From the NCBI GenBank assembly GCA_026710945.1, contig JAPOQA010000031.1, forward strand, positions 50,611-114,610: a stretch of DNA of 64,000 nucleotides, in the 5' to 3' direction. This DNA comes from Chloroflexota bacterium (GTDB taxonomy: Bacteria; Chloroflexota; UBA11872; VXOZ01). Below are positions 31,147 through 40,667 of this stretch, one piece after another. Made by a program: the position numbers and the translations under genes. How positions within the stretch are numbered: the stretch's first letter is position 1; every line of letters begins with the position of its first letter. Below the pieces are notes generated by a model, which saw only the letters and a program-made list of their open reading frames with translations, did no database searches and was not told the origin of the DNA.

Positions 31147-32133
31147 TTAGTCGTATTTCAAGAGGACGCCCAGGAATTCATCCTTGCGGTCGCGCAGGCC
31201 CTCGTAGGCCGTTTGCCCCTCAGTGTACGGCAACACGTGTGTAATGAGGGGCTCCACGTTAATGCGTCCGCTTGCCAGTAGCGACCAGAGAAACGGGATG
31301 TCCTGCTCGCGCGTCGCGGCATCAACCGTGCTGGCATGTGCGCCGATGAGGTGCACGCCCGTGCGATGGATGTCAAAGTAGGGATCGAGTTCCAGCTTAT
31401 CCCGTGGACTCCCTAGCAGCACGACGCGCCCGTGGTTTGCTGCAGCTTTGATTGCTAAGTCGATAGTCGGCCCACTCCCCACGGCTTCTACCACAAAATT
31501 CGCACCACGCGGGCCAAGTTCCGGCAGCCAATCGGCAAGCGGCTTTTCACTCAAGTTGAATGCCAAGTCCACGCCGCACGCCTGCGCTTGCCCCAGGCGA
31601 GACGCCGCAAGGTCCGCGGCGGCGACCTGACCGGCTCCCGCCAACCCGCAAAGCTGCGCACAGAGATTGCCCACCAGACCCATACCGATCACAAGTACGT
31701 TTTCACCAAAGTAGACCGGTGCCTGCCGTATCGCCGACAAAGCAATTTGCAGCATAGATAAGAAGGGCGCGTGAGAATCGTGCACTCCTTCCGGCACGGG
31801 CAGCACGGCATCATGACTGAGAAGCGCGTGCGTGGCGTGGCGGCCCCGATGAAAGACGCGTGCCCCGGGGGCGGGATCGGACACGCCATCGCCTACCGCC
31901 AGCACTTCGCCCACAGCGGCGTAACCCGGCCGAAACGGGTACTTGGCATAAGCAAAATCAGGCTCAGCGAAGCCCCGGTGCGTCTCCGTGAACATGGCGA
32001 GCTCCGTGCCCGCGCTAATCAGCGAGAACCGGTTACGTACCAAGACCTCACTGGTGCCTGGTTCGTCCGGGATGGCCAGAGTCTCTGCGACGCAGGTATC
32101 TCTGCTTGGAAAGACTAGCACCTGAGTTTCCAT
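31147..32133 (-). CDS. zinc-binding medium-chain dehydrogenase/reductase (MDR family)
   Basis: 328 aa; GroES-like N-terminal domain, Rossmann fold GMGLVGNLCAQL. Confidence 0.7.
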   Translation of the reverse strand: METQVLVFPSRDTCVAETLAIPDEPGTSEVLVRNRFSLISAGTELAMFTETHRGFAEPDFAYAKYPFRPGYAAVGEVLAVGDGVSDPAPGARVFHRGRHATHALLSHDAVLPVPEGVHDSHAPFLSMLQIALSAIRQAPVYFGENVLVIGMGLVGNLCAQLCGLAGAGQVAAADLAASRLGQAQACGVDLAFNLSEKPLADWLPELGPRGANFVVEAVGSGPTIDLAIKAAANHGRVVLLGSPRDKLELDPYFDIHRTGVHLIGAHASTVDAATREQDIPFLWSLLASGRINVEPLITHVLPYTEGQTAYEGLRDRKDEFLGVLLKYD

Positions 32134-32343
32134 GTGCGCTCCTTTATTGCTCTTGCCTCATTTTGGATGAAACCACGGTCGGCCCCTCGCGCCAGGTGTC
32201 GAAACACAGACTATGCGGTCGTGATGCCGGCCCGGCCCCGTATAACTCAAGCGTTACCTCATTGCGGTACCCACTTGGCCAAACCGCACGATACTCCGTT
32301 GCCACTGGGATTCGTAGCGCGCATCCTGCATTGCGGCAACAGT

Positions 32344-32673
32344 CTAATGGGCGCGCTCTATGAGCCGTGTGAGATTGGCAAGGTGCTCATGGAGCTTGGC
32401 GCGACCTCGCGCACTCAGAGAATACCAAGTTACCGGCCGGCGGTCGCGGAAGGTCTTCTCGACTGCAACATAGCCACCATCTTCCAGCTTGCGCAGATGC
32501 GTCCCAAGGTTGCCGTCCGTTTCGGCGAGAACTTGCTTGAGACGGCTGAATGACATGAATTCATGCTTAGAGAGCAAAACACAGACTGCGAGTCGCACCC
32601 GATGCTCAAGCAGACCGCCAAGTGACGCCAATTCTTCAAGACTGGCGATGTCTGGATCAGCTCGTCTGGTCAC
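32344..32673 (-). CDS. winged-helix transcriptional regulator
   Basis: 109 aa; wHTH pattern SFSRLKQVL...GNLGTHLRKLEDGGYV...WYSLSARGR. Confidence 0.5.
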   Translation of the reverse strand: MTRRADPDIASLEELASLGGLLEHRVRLAVCVLLSKHEFMSFSRLKQVLAETDGNLGTHLRKLEDGGYVAVEKTFRDRRPVTWYSLSARGRAKLHEHLANLTRLIERAH

Positions 32674-33226
32674 GGGGTGTCACTTCAAGATAGCCCAGCG
32701 TCAATAGCGCCACAGCAAACAAGACCCCGGTAATCGTCCACCCATAGTCAGGTACGAACAGGGTGATGACATAGCCTACCCCCGCCACCAGGCCTACTCC
32801 CAGCAAACGACGGTCCAGGTGCAAACCGGCGAGAGAGTACGTTAATGCCAGCAACAGCAGCCAGATTGAACTATAGCCGGACCACGTTAGCTGTTCCGTT
32901 GCAACCAATACGCTACAAAGCAGACCAACACCTAGAAAAGACAGCCAATGCAGGCCCCACCGGATGCCTTCCCAGCTATCCGTCTGGCCGACACTCCGGC
33001 TATGGCGTATGCCCAACCATGCCGATATGACAACACCAAGCGGCGCCGCTACTGTCCAGTACCATCCAATCCAGCGAGGGTCACTGGCGAAATCTACCAG
33101 GGCAAAACCAATGAGCGCAACGGCCGCCCAAAAGACAAAGGTAGCCGTAGGCTGACCGGGCCCAGATCGCTGTGCCACGGCGCGAACGTACGCTACGTCC
33201 TCTCTAAGCTTATCTGTGTCCGACAT
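32657..33226 (-). CDS. hypothetical polytopic membrane protein, co-transcribed with the wHTH regulator
   Basis: ORF 32657..33289; ATG at 33226 preceded by AAGGAGG; 5-6 TM helices; 17-nt overlap with the downstream regulator. Confidence 0.5.
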   Translation of the reverse strand: MSDTDKLREDVAYVRAVAQRSGPGQPTATFVFWAAVALIGFALVDFASDPRWIGWYWTVAAPLGVVISAWLGIRHSRSVGQTDSWEGIRWGLHWLSFLGVGLLCSVLVATEQLTWSGYSSIWLLLLALTYSLAGLHLDRRLLGVGLVAGVGYVITLFVPDYGWTITGVLFAVALLTLGYLEVTPRDQTS

Positions 33227-33359
33227 GACAACCTCCTTTGAATCAAATATTACTCCTATATACCTTGTACTCTGTGTTATAGAGTACATAGCTCAACGAG
33301 TCAAGGGTGAGTCCGATCCGTGTGCTATGAAATGGGGTATCTATACCCGTGAAAAGCGC

Positions 33360-35165
33360 CTAGTGTTCGACGCTTTCCACGTATTCCAACGACTGGTGCC
33401 GGAAGTAGGTGTCGTAGAGTCCGGCGTAGTGGCCGCCGGCGGCTAAGAGTGTTTGGTGGGTGCCTTCTTCCAATATGCGGCCGCTGTCCAAGACGAGGAT
33501 GCGGTCGGCGTGCTGCACCGTGTACAGGCGGTGCGCAATGACGATGGACGTGCGGTCGCGCATGATAGCCTCTATGCCGTCTTGGATCTGGACTTCGGTA
33601 AATGGGTCCACGCTTGCCGTGGCCTCATCCAAAATGAAGACTGCCGGATCGTGCAGCATGACGCGCGCCAGCGCTACAAGTTGGCGCTGGCCCATGGAAA
33701 GGCGCCCGCCGCGCTCGCCGACGTCCGATTCCAGCCCGTTCGGCAAGTCGGCAAGCCAGTCTCCTCCCGCAATGTGCTCCACCGCGCGCAGCACGTCCGC
33801 CTCATTGGCATCCGGCTTGCCATAGCGGACATTCTCCCCCACGGTACCGCTAAAGAGAAAGGGGGATTGCGGCACGATGCCGATCTGCCGACGATAGGAT
33901 GGCAGGTTGAACGTGCGGATGTCACGCCCGTCAACCAGCAGTTGGCCCTCCTGAAACTCATAGAAACGCGCCACCAGCCGCACAATGCTCGTCTTGCCGG
34001 AGCCGGTGTGACCGACCAAAGCAAGGGACTCGCCCGCGTGTATCGTTAGATTGAAGTCGGGGAGTACAGTCTCAGTTGGCAAGTAACTGAAGTTCACGTT
34101 CCTAAACTCAAACCCGCCCTGCACGTTTTCAGCGGAAATGTCGTCGGTCTGCACCACTCGTGATTCTGCGTCTATCAACCCGAATACTCGCTCACTGGCA
34201 GAAAGCCCATTCTGGAATTGGCTCCAGAACGAAGCGATTTGCGTAAGGGGAAACCAGAAGAACATGAGCGCTTGGATAAAAAGGTACCAATCGCCCACGC
34301 TCATAGTGCCGGAGGCCGTGTTCAAACCGCCGAAGTAGACGATGACTGCTGTGCCGATGCCGGCGGTGGCGTTAAAGACGGGAAAAAAGGTATTCAGCAC
34401 AATTCCCTGACGAAAGTTTACGCGATACGCTTGTTCGTTGATGCGGACAAAGTCATCGTGCACGGCCTTCTCTTGGCGAAAGACCTTAGCAACGGCAATA
34501 CCGCTAATAGACTCCTCGATGTGCGCGTTCACCCGCGCCATAATGCGCCGCGAGTGCAGCGACGTTTCGCGGGCAATGCGCCGGAATAGGAGCGAAATGG
34601 CTGCCACGAACGGCGCCATCGCCAAAGTAATTAACCCCAGCTGAAAGTTGATGAACAGCAGCACACCCCCCATAAGCAACACCAGCATGGCTTGGCTGAT
34701 GAGATTCATCGTCAGGGAGACCGTTTCCGCAAAGCCGTCGGTATCGGATGAAACGCGGCTTACCAGCTTGCCGGTCGGCTGGTCGTCAAAGAATGAGAGA
34801 TCGTGCCCCATGGTTGCATTGAAAGCATCCTCTCGAATCTTGAGCGTCACGTTCCCAATTGCCGTGGCGCCAAGCCACTGCCGGAGGAAATTCAAACCCC
34901 ATGAGACGCTGCTCAAGAGCAGAATGGAAGTGATGAGAAGCACCATTACCTGCGTGGCGGGATTGGCAATGACAAGGTCGATCCCGCGTGAAATGAGGAT
35001 CGGTACCGCGGTATCGGTAAGCGAGCCCACGAATACCGCGAGCGCAACAATCAGCATGGGGCGTGTTTGCGGGCGAAAGTAGTTGATGATGCGGCGCAGC
35101 AGCGCGCGATCGCTATACTCGCGATCGTACGCGTCCGCGTCCAGGCCGTCCATCACAAAGCCCAT
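33360..35165 (-). CDS. ABC exporter, fused permease-ATPase (MdlB/MsbA-like), heterodimer partner
   Basis: 601 aa; 6-TM domain plus NBD with GHTGSGKTS, LSMGQRQLVALARV, ILDEATASVD. Confidence 0.85.
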   Translation of the reverse strand: MGFVMDGLDADAYDREYSDRALLRRIINYFRPQTRPMLIVALAVFVGSLTDTAVPILISRGIDLVIANPATQVMVLLITSILLLSSVSWGLNFLRQWLGATAIGNVTLKIREDAFNATMGHDLSFFDDQPTGKLVSRVSSDTDGFAETVSLTMNLISQAMLVLLMGGVLLFINFQLGLITLAMAPFVAAISLLFRRIARETSLHSRRIMARVNAHIEESISGIAVAKVFRQEKAVHDDFVRINEQAYRVNFRQGIVLNTFFPVFNATAGIGTAVIVYFGGLNTASGTMSVGDWYLFIQALMFFWFPLTQIASFWSQFQNGLSASERVFGLIDAESRVVQTDDISAENVQGGFEFRNVNFSYLPTETVLPDFNLTIHAGESLALVGHTGSGKTSIVRLVARFYEFQEGQLLVDGRDIRTFNLPSYRRQIGIVPQSPFLFSGTVGENVRYGKPDANEADVLRAVEHIAGGDWLADLPNGLESDVGERGGRLSMGQRQLVALARVMLHDPAVFILDEATASVDPFTEVQIQDGIEAIMRDRTSIVIAHRLYTVQHADRILVLDSGRILEEGTHQTLLAAGGHYAGLYDTYFRHQSLEYVESVEH

Positions 35166-35214
35166 TGGCTCATCCTCATCGGAAGTGCGGAATTGAAAGT
35201 GTCAGCGGTCTCAG

Positions 35215-35645
35215 GCTTAGGGTAGCGCGGGGGCTTGTCCCCCGCTCCGGGCGCAACCACGCGAGGAGACGCGGATGGATTCCCGTTTTCGCGGGAATGA
35301 CGGATCGGGGATACACCCTCTCTCATCGCCAAGACGTGTTCGATGCGGCTAAACTTCGCCTTTCCTGTGCGGGACACCCCGGCACGTAGCGCGGGGGCTT
35401 GTCCCCCGCTCTTTGAGTTTCGCACTTGGCTCAGAGTAGATGGATTCCCGCTTTCGCGGGAATGACGGATCGGGGGTGTTCCCTCTCTCATCACCAAGAT
35501 GTGTTCGATGTAGCTAAACTTCGCCTTATCTGTGCGGGACACTCCGGCACGTAGCGCGGGGGCTTGTCCCCCGCTCTTGGCACATCGCACATATCGAAGA
35601 TCGGATAGTTTCCCGTTTTCGCGGGATTGACGGCAATTGGAACGG
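35215..35645. repeat. tandem array (~165-bp unit, ~2.7 copies) built from two hairpin families with variable ~27-bp inter-hairpin segments; not CRISPR
   Basis: Units start at 35221, 35384 and 35553 with ggtagcgcgggggcttgtcccccgctc; second hairpin ggattcccgytttcgcgggaatgacgg at 35275, 35443 and 35608; the conserved ~90-bp tail is absent from the last unit. Confidence 0.7.
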
Positions 35646-35695
35646 CTTCCCTGAGCTACAATGCCGTCACCTTGTGCCGCGATTCTACTCATCTA

Positions 35696-37495
35696 CTAGT
35701 CTCCACTGACTGTGGCAGGCATTGCGGCGACATAGCGCTCGTCCCGATGCGCAAAGATGTCGCGGTACGCGGGACTGCGCGCAATGAGTTCCTCATGCGT
35801 GCCTTGGTCCTCCAATTCTCCGCCCCGCAGCACCAGAATGCGGTCGGCCCACCGGATCTGCGAGAGTCGGTGCGTGATGAGAAACGTCGTCCGCCCGTGC
35901 AGAATATTGCGCAGCGCACGCTGAATCTGATCTTCGGTCGCACTGTCGATCGCGCTCGTCGAGTCATCGAGCACCAGTATGCGCGGGTCGGCCAAGAACG
36001 CGCGAGCAATAGCGATGCGTTGCCGCTGTCCGCCGGAGAGCGTCACGCCGCGCTCGCCCACCACCGTGTCGTATCCATCCGTAAAGCCCATGATAAAATC
36101 ATGCGCCTGAGCCTGTTTCGCCACCGCTTCAATCTCCGCACGGCTAACCGGACGCCGCACGCCAAAGGCAATGTTCTCGGCCAGTGTACGTGAAAAGAGA
36201 AAGACATCCTGGTCGATTGTCGCAATCTGCGAGCGTAGTGATTCCATCGACCACACGCGTACGTCGACGCCGTCAATCATCACTTGTCCATCCGAAACCT
36301 CGTAGATACGATTGATGAGCCGGGTGAGGGTGGACTTGCCGGACCCCGTCTGCCCGACGATTGCAACCGTCTCGCCCGGCTTGGCTTTGAAGCTAATGCC
36401 TTTGAGCATATTGGAATCGTGGTATGAGAATGAGACATTGTTGAACACCACCTCGCCTTCCATCTGCCTCTCGATTCCTGCGCGATTCTCGTCTATCTCC
36501 GTCTCCGCATTCAGGATGGCGAGAATGCGGTCCGCCCCGGCCGTGCCGAGCTTGACGAGAGAGAACGCAAAAATGGAAACAAACGTTGGGAATCGAAGCA
36601 TGCCTAGAAAACCCATGAATGTAATGACCTGGCCGAGAGTCAATCCGCCGTTGCTGTAGAGATAGAGTGCGTGGGCAAGGCCGAGCGCTAACGCAAAAGA
36701 AAACATGAGCAGCGGCAGGTAGAGCGCCTGAATCTTGCCCTGTTTTATGAAGAGATCACGGTAGTTTGCCGCCTTGACCCGAAAACGGTTGAATTCCTGC
36801 TGCTCCTGCGCGTTCGACTTAACGACTTCAATGCCCGCAATCGATTCGGTCAGGTTGGCGTTGAGCACGCCGAATTGCGCGCGGAGCGCTCCTGCTACCG
36901 GGCCCAATCGACGCAAGTATCCCCGCAATGCAATGAGAAAGCCGATGAGGAAAAGCACCGGTATCGGCAGCAGCGCCGCATTCAAGAACGCAATGGCGAT
37001 GATGGGTGCCACCATGTTGACGAGCCACTCCGAGAGCAGCAGCAAGCCGGGGTTGACCATGTAGTTGAGCTGCTTTACGTCATTGGTGGCACGCGCCATG
37101 ATGTCGCCAACGCGTTGCTGACCGTGATAAGTCTGGCTCTTACCTAGCAGATTTACGTAAAGTTCGTCGCGCACGTCGCGCTCCATGCGCAGCGCCACAA
37201 TCTCAGCCGTGTAGTTCGCGAGAAGCTGCATTACGCCTCTGAGCACGCTTATGCCGAGAATTGCCAGAGCAAAACCCAGGAGCACGGACACCACGGCGTT
37301 TGCATCTTCGACGGCGTCAAAGGCATCCCCCAGTATCCTCGGTACTTGCACCGCGGCCACCACGACACCGGCTCGAAAGAGGGTGCCAACCACCACGTGG
37401 ACCGGGTAGCGCATCGCATGACTGACCAGCCACCGCGTGACGGAAGAGCGATCATACGTATGTTCGATATCCGGCGTAAACTCGCGGTTTCTCAA
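35696..37495 (-). CDS. ABC exporter, fused permease-ATPase (MdlA-like), heterodimer partner
   Basis: 599 aa; NBD motifs GQTGSGKST, LSGGQRQRIAIARA, LVLDDSTSAID. Confidence 0.85.
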   Translation of the reverse strand: MRNREFTPDIEHTYDRSSVTRWLVSHAMRYPVHVVVGTLFRAGVVVAAVQVPRILGDAFDAVEDANAVVSVLLGFALAILGISVLRGVMQLLANYTAEIVALRMERDVRDELYVNLLGKSQTYHGQQRVGDIMARATNDVKQLNYMVNPGLLLLSEWLVNMVAPIIAIAFLNAALLPIPVLFLIGFLIALRGYLRRLGPVAGALRAQFGVLNANLTESIAGIEVVKSNAQEQQEFNRFRVKAANYRDLFIKQGKIQALYLPLLMFSFALALGLAHALYLYSNGGLTLGQVITFMGFLGMLRFPTFVSIFAFSLVKLGTAGADRILAILNAETEIDENRAGIERQMEGEVVFNNVSFSYHDSNMLKGISFKAKPGETVAIVGQTGSGKSTLTRLINRIYEVSDGQVMIDGVDVRVWSMESLRSQIATIDQDVFLFSRTLAENIAFGVRRPVSRAEIEAVAKQAQAHDFIMGFTDGYDTVVGERGVTLSGGQRQRIAIARAFLADPRILVLDDSTSAIDSATEDQIQRALRNILHGRTTFLITHRLSQIRWADRILVLRGGELEDQGTHEELIARSPAYRDIFAHRDERYVAAMPATVSGD

Positions 37496-37703
37496 CGGAG
37501 TCTCCAGGAAGCATGAACCGTTGCCATCAATTCACTATAACATCCTACAAAAGCTATAAAATCTCCTCAGCTACCGAAATACTCTGCACCGCCCATGCAG
37601 AAGAGCGGCGTCTAAAGGTGAATTGAAGCTTGGCGGCACTTGTTCATTTGCACAGATACTAGGTACATTAGAATGAAGAGCCAGGAGACCTCAGTTATTA
37701 AGA

Positions 37704-38291
37704 GTGGAGCGTGATGTGAAGAGTTTGGACGCGCAACGCCATTGGTGGCAGGTTGGGCGGGTAGTTCTGGGCGTGATGGCGTTTGCCATTTTGCTGGGTG
37801 GTTGTATTGCACAGCCCCAGGGCGTTGTCATCAATACCAAACCTACGCCCACACCGACGCCAGTTGTAGGCAACCCCAATAACGCAACGATCATCGAAGT
37901 CACGGTTGTGGACAACACGGTGCCGCCATCAGGCGTCGGCATTATCTGGATCAATCGCAGCGTAGGCTGGGCACCGTACGAGAGTCCCGGCGACGGTAGG
38001 TTGCCTCCCGATGAGTACGGCGTGCTGGTGTACATAGATGAAGAGCGCATCGGTGTCGTCTGGCCCGACGAAACCGGCGGAATGGGGCCGCGCCCCCTTG
38101 CAATTCCACAGAACGTATGGGGATTTGAGCTCGGCCAGCACACGCTCAAATTCGTCCAGCAAGGTCCTGAGGTGTGGCGAGAGTCTGCACCGATCATACT
38201 TGTGGTAACGGAAGACTTTAAGCCTACCCCCACAGTCCCGCCCAGTCCCACGCCGAAGCCAGTGCCGACACCGTCGCCGAGGCCGTCGTAG
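37704..38291 (+). CDS. secreted lipoprotein with Pro/Thr-rich linkers (hypothetical)
   Basis: 195 aa; GTG start; signal peptide with lipobox LLGGC; PTPTPTP and PSPTPKPVPTPSPRPS linkers flank a ~130-aa domain. Confidence 0.5.
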   Translation: MERDVKSLDAQRHWWQVGRVVLGVMAFAILLGGCIAQPQGVVINTKPTPTPTPVVGNPNNATIIEVTVVDNTVPPSGVGIIWINRSVGWAPYESPGDGRLPPDEYGVLVYIDEERIGVVWPDETGGMGPRPLAIPQNVWGFELGQHTLKFVQQGPEVWRESAPIILVVTEDFKPTPTVPPSPTPKPVPTPSPRPS

Positions 38292-38294
38292 TTA

Positions 38295-39551
38295 ATGTCT
38301 GAATCTCCTAATGGCGGTGTCGGCATCGTGCTGTTGGCCGCGGGGGAGTCCCAGCGGATGGCGGCCTCGTCAACGTCGTCATTGCCGAAAGCGCTGTTGC
38401 CCTGGTTCCGCAGACCGCTGATCCAGTACCAGCTTGAGCAAATTGCAGCGGTCGCCCCGGCGCACGTCGTTGTCGTTACCGGGTTTCATGCCGAGCGCTT
38501 AGCGCCCTACGTTGACGCTGTGGCGGGCATCCATGTAGTGAAAAACCCGAATCCGGAGCGGGGCAGAGCTTCCTCCATTGTGCACGGAGTGCGGGCGCTG
38601 CCCGAGACTCTGTCTGCCATCGCAGCAATCAACGTAGACCAGCCTTGTGCTGCGCCAATTCTCGCAAAACTCATTGCCGCAAGGGCCACAGGCAACCATC
38701 TCATTGCGATCCCGCGGTATCAGGGCGTGCGAGGACATCCTCCACTCTTCGCCAACGCTTTGCGCAGTGAATTGCTGCAGGTTCACGAGAATTCCCAGGG
38801 CCTGAAAGCGGTCACCCGGTCCCATCGCGCAGCAACGGCGTTTGTAGACATCGATGATCCCAGCGTGGTGTGGAATCTCAATACACCGGCTGACTATTAT
38901 CAAGCGCAGCAACAACACATTCTGCTTGCTACAACGAATAGCGCCAAGACCGAGCACCTCGCATGGCTGCTCGAAGGTGTGCCGCTTCGGCGCGTTACGT
39001 TGGCAGAGGCGGGACTACAAAGTGAGTCGCCCCCTTCGGAAGACCAACCAACACTACAAGCAATTGCCGCAAGCAAAGCGATTGCGTGGTCGCGGTCATT
39101 TGGCGGATTGGCGCTTGCATCAGACGGCGGCATTTCTATACCAGCGTTAGGCGACTCTTGGGAAGAGCGCTTAACGGCCCGCTTTGCAGGCAGCCAAGCC
39201 ACAGACAAGCAGCGCGTAGAAGCGCTGTTGGCACTGCTTCGACCCTACCGCTCAGAGGAACGGCTCGCGTACTTTCGTGAGTGCGTAGCACTTGCGAACA
39301 ACGGAACCCTCTTGCAGTCGTGGAGCGCCGAGAGTGCGCCCGGCTTGATCGCCGAGACCTATCGCCCGGACCAGCTCGTCTCCGGTTTTTGGCTGCTGAC
39401 ACTGTGGTGCGACCCGCAATCCGGCAAGCGTCTCGGCGTATTCACACCTGATGACCCTGCGTATCCGGACGGGGCTTGGGCAAGCCTAAAACCCAGCGTG
39501 CGGCAGTTCTTGCTGGGCTATCTTGAGCGCTACCTCAATCCGGCAACGTAA
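38295..39551 (+). CDS. fusion protein: MobA-like nucleotidyltransferase N-terminal domain plus Ham1/RdgB-like (non-canonical NTP pyrophosphatase) C-terminal domain
   Basis: 418 aa; the N-terminus (VLLAAGESQRM...KALLP) matches MobA/MocA-type NTP transferases; the C-terminus has Ham1 motifs (ILLATTNSAKTEHL resembles ATGNxGKxxE; ALASDGGISIPALGD; GFWLL resembles GFGYDPIF). Confidence 0.55.
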   Translation: MSESPNGGVGIVLLAAGESQRMAASSTSSLPKALLPWFRRPLIQYQLEQIAAVAPAHVVVVTGFHAERLAPYVDAVAGIHVVKNPNPERGRASSIVHGVRALPETLSAIAAINVDQPCAAPILAKLIAARATGNHLIAIPRYQGVRGHPPLFANALRSELLQVHENSQGLKAVTRSHRAATAFVDIDDPSVVWNLNTPADYYQAQQQHILLATTNSAKTEHLAWLLEGVPLRRVTLAEAGLQSESPPSEDQPTLQAIAASKAIAWSRSFGGLALASDGGISIPALGDSWEERLTARFAGSQATDKQRVEALLALLRPYRSEERLAYFRECVALANNGTLLQSWSAESAPGLIAETYRPDQLVSGFWLLTLWCDPQSGKRLGVFTPDDPAYPDGAWASLKPSVRQFLLGYLERYLNPAT

Positions 39552-40548
39552 GCGTTGCTTCGGATTGCTTGTCCCGGTCTCCTTCTATCACCACCAACCC
39601 ATCGCCCTCCAGGTCTTGTGCCAGCTCCCACAACCAAGCCGCCTGCGGCCTTACAGGGCCTAGTTCGTGGAGGTGACTTACTATTGCAGCAAAGTTGAGC
39701 GTGTTGCCCGGCGAGCAATCGCGCAGAGCAGCAATGATTCGCCCCCGATAATAACGCCGCGAGCCCGCAAATGTTCCCTGGCTCTTAGGGCGCAGTGAAG
39801 GTAGGTCATAAGTATCTGTCGTCCGCCACGCCTGGCACCACATGGCGAGAGGACAGTGCGGGCAGTCCGGCTTGCGCGACGTGCAGACCGTCGAACCAAG
39901 GTCCATGAGCGCCTGGTTCCAGCGCGCAGATTGTCTCTTGGGTACGAGGCTATCCGCCAAGGCCTGAAGCTGCCGCTCCGTTGGACCTGCGACCCCAAGT
40001 AACTTCTGGAGATCGCCACGCAATACCCTGCCCAGCACGCGCCGCACATTGGTATCCACTACCGCTACCTGTGTGTTACCTAGAAAGCTTAGCAGCGCTC
40101 GTGCGGTATACGGCCCGATTCCGGGCAGACGCAAGAGCGACTGCAAACACATGGGGAATTTGCCGTCATGCTCCTGAACGACAGCCTGTGCCGCGCGATG
40201 AAGATGCACGGCGCGGCGGTTGTAGCCAAGCCCAGCCCACAGGCGAATGACTTCTGCCGTCGGTGCAGCCGCTAGCCGTCGCATGGTCGGGAATCGTTCG
40301 ATGAAGGCATTGTACTTCGGTATCACGCGCTCGACTTGGGTCTGTTGCAGCATCATTTCAGCCAGGAATTTGCGATACGGACTCTTCGTTTGTCGCCAGG
40401 GCAATTCCCTGCGATTAAGGCGGTACCAGCCTAACAACGCGTCCTGGAAGTGCCGCACGACTTCAGCCCGCGTCAACTGCAGCGTGCCGTTGGTCGTCAG
40501 CGAACAATACTCGCCCCTGTCGTGCTTTCTTTCACGTTTGGTTAGCAT
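39535..40548 (-). CDS. mutY: A/G-specific adenine DNA glycosylase
   Basis: ORF 39535..40674; probable start at MLTKRE (40548); HhH-GPD motif (LPGIGPYTARALLSF), 4Fe-4S cluster loop CTSRKPDCPHCPLAMWC, and C-terminal NUDIX-like domain. Confidence 0.8.
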   Translation of the reverse strand: MLTKRERKHDRGEYCSLTTNGTLQLTRAEVVRHFQDALLGWYRLNRRELPWRQTKSPYRKFLAEMMLQQTQVERVIPKYNAFIERFPTMRRLAAAPTAEVIRLWAGLGYNRRAVHLHRAAQAVVQEHDGKFPMCLQSLLRLPGIGPYTARALLSFLGNTQVAVVDTNVRRVLGRVLRGDLQKLLGVAGPTERQLQALADSLVPKRQSARWNQALMDLGSTVCTSRKPDCPHCPLAMWCQAWRTTDTYDLPSLRPKSQGTFAGSRRYYRGRIIAALRDCSPGNTLNFAAIVSHLHELGPVRPQAAWLWELAQDLEGDGLVVIEGDRDKQSEATLTLPD

Positions 40549-40667
40549 GCGCCGAATGAATTCTTCTCTTGTATAAGTACTTTCACGTACGGAGACTGAC
40601 TCGACGTTGCCGCTCCTCAACAAGCCCTCTATGGAATTGAAGAGGTGGCGGATCACTAGGAACGAGT

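Noticed and set aside
35215-35645. Possible CRISPR array
   Set aside because: Two different conserved hairpins alternate per 165-bp unit, the variable segments are only ~27 bp and sit between unlike repeats, and no cas genes lie nearby; isolated copies of each hairpin occur elsewhere, as expected for REP-type repeats.
35153-35692. 179-aa ORF on the minus strand spanning the tandem array, with the repeated peptide SGGQAPALRAGVSRT.KAKFS.IEH.L.MREG
   Set aside because: The amino-acid periodicity mirrors the DNA tandem repeat; the ORF is the translation of REP-like hairpins ('AGMT', 'IPVFAG' signatures), not a protein-coding gene.
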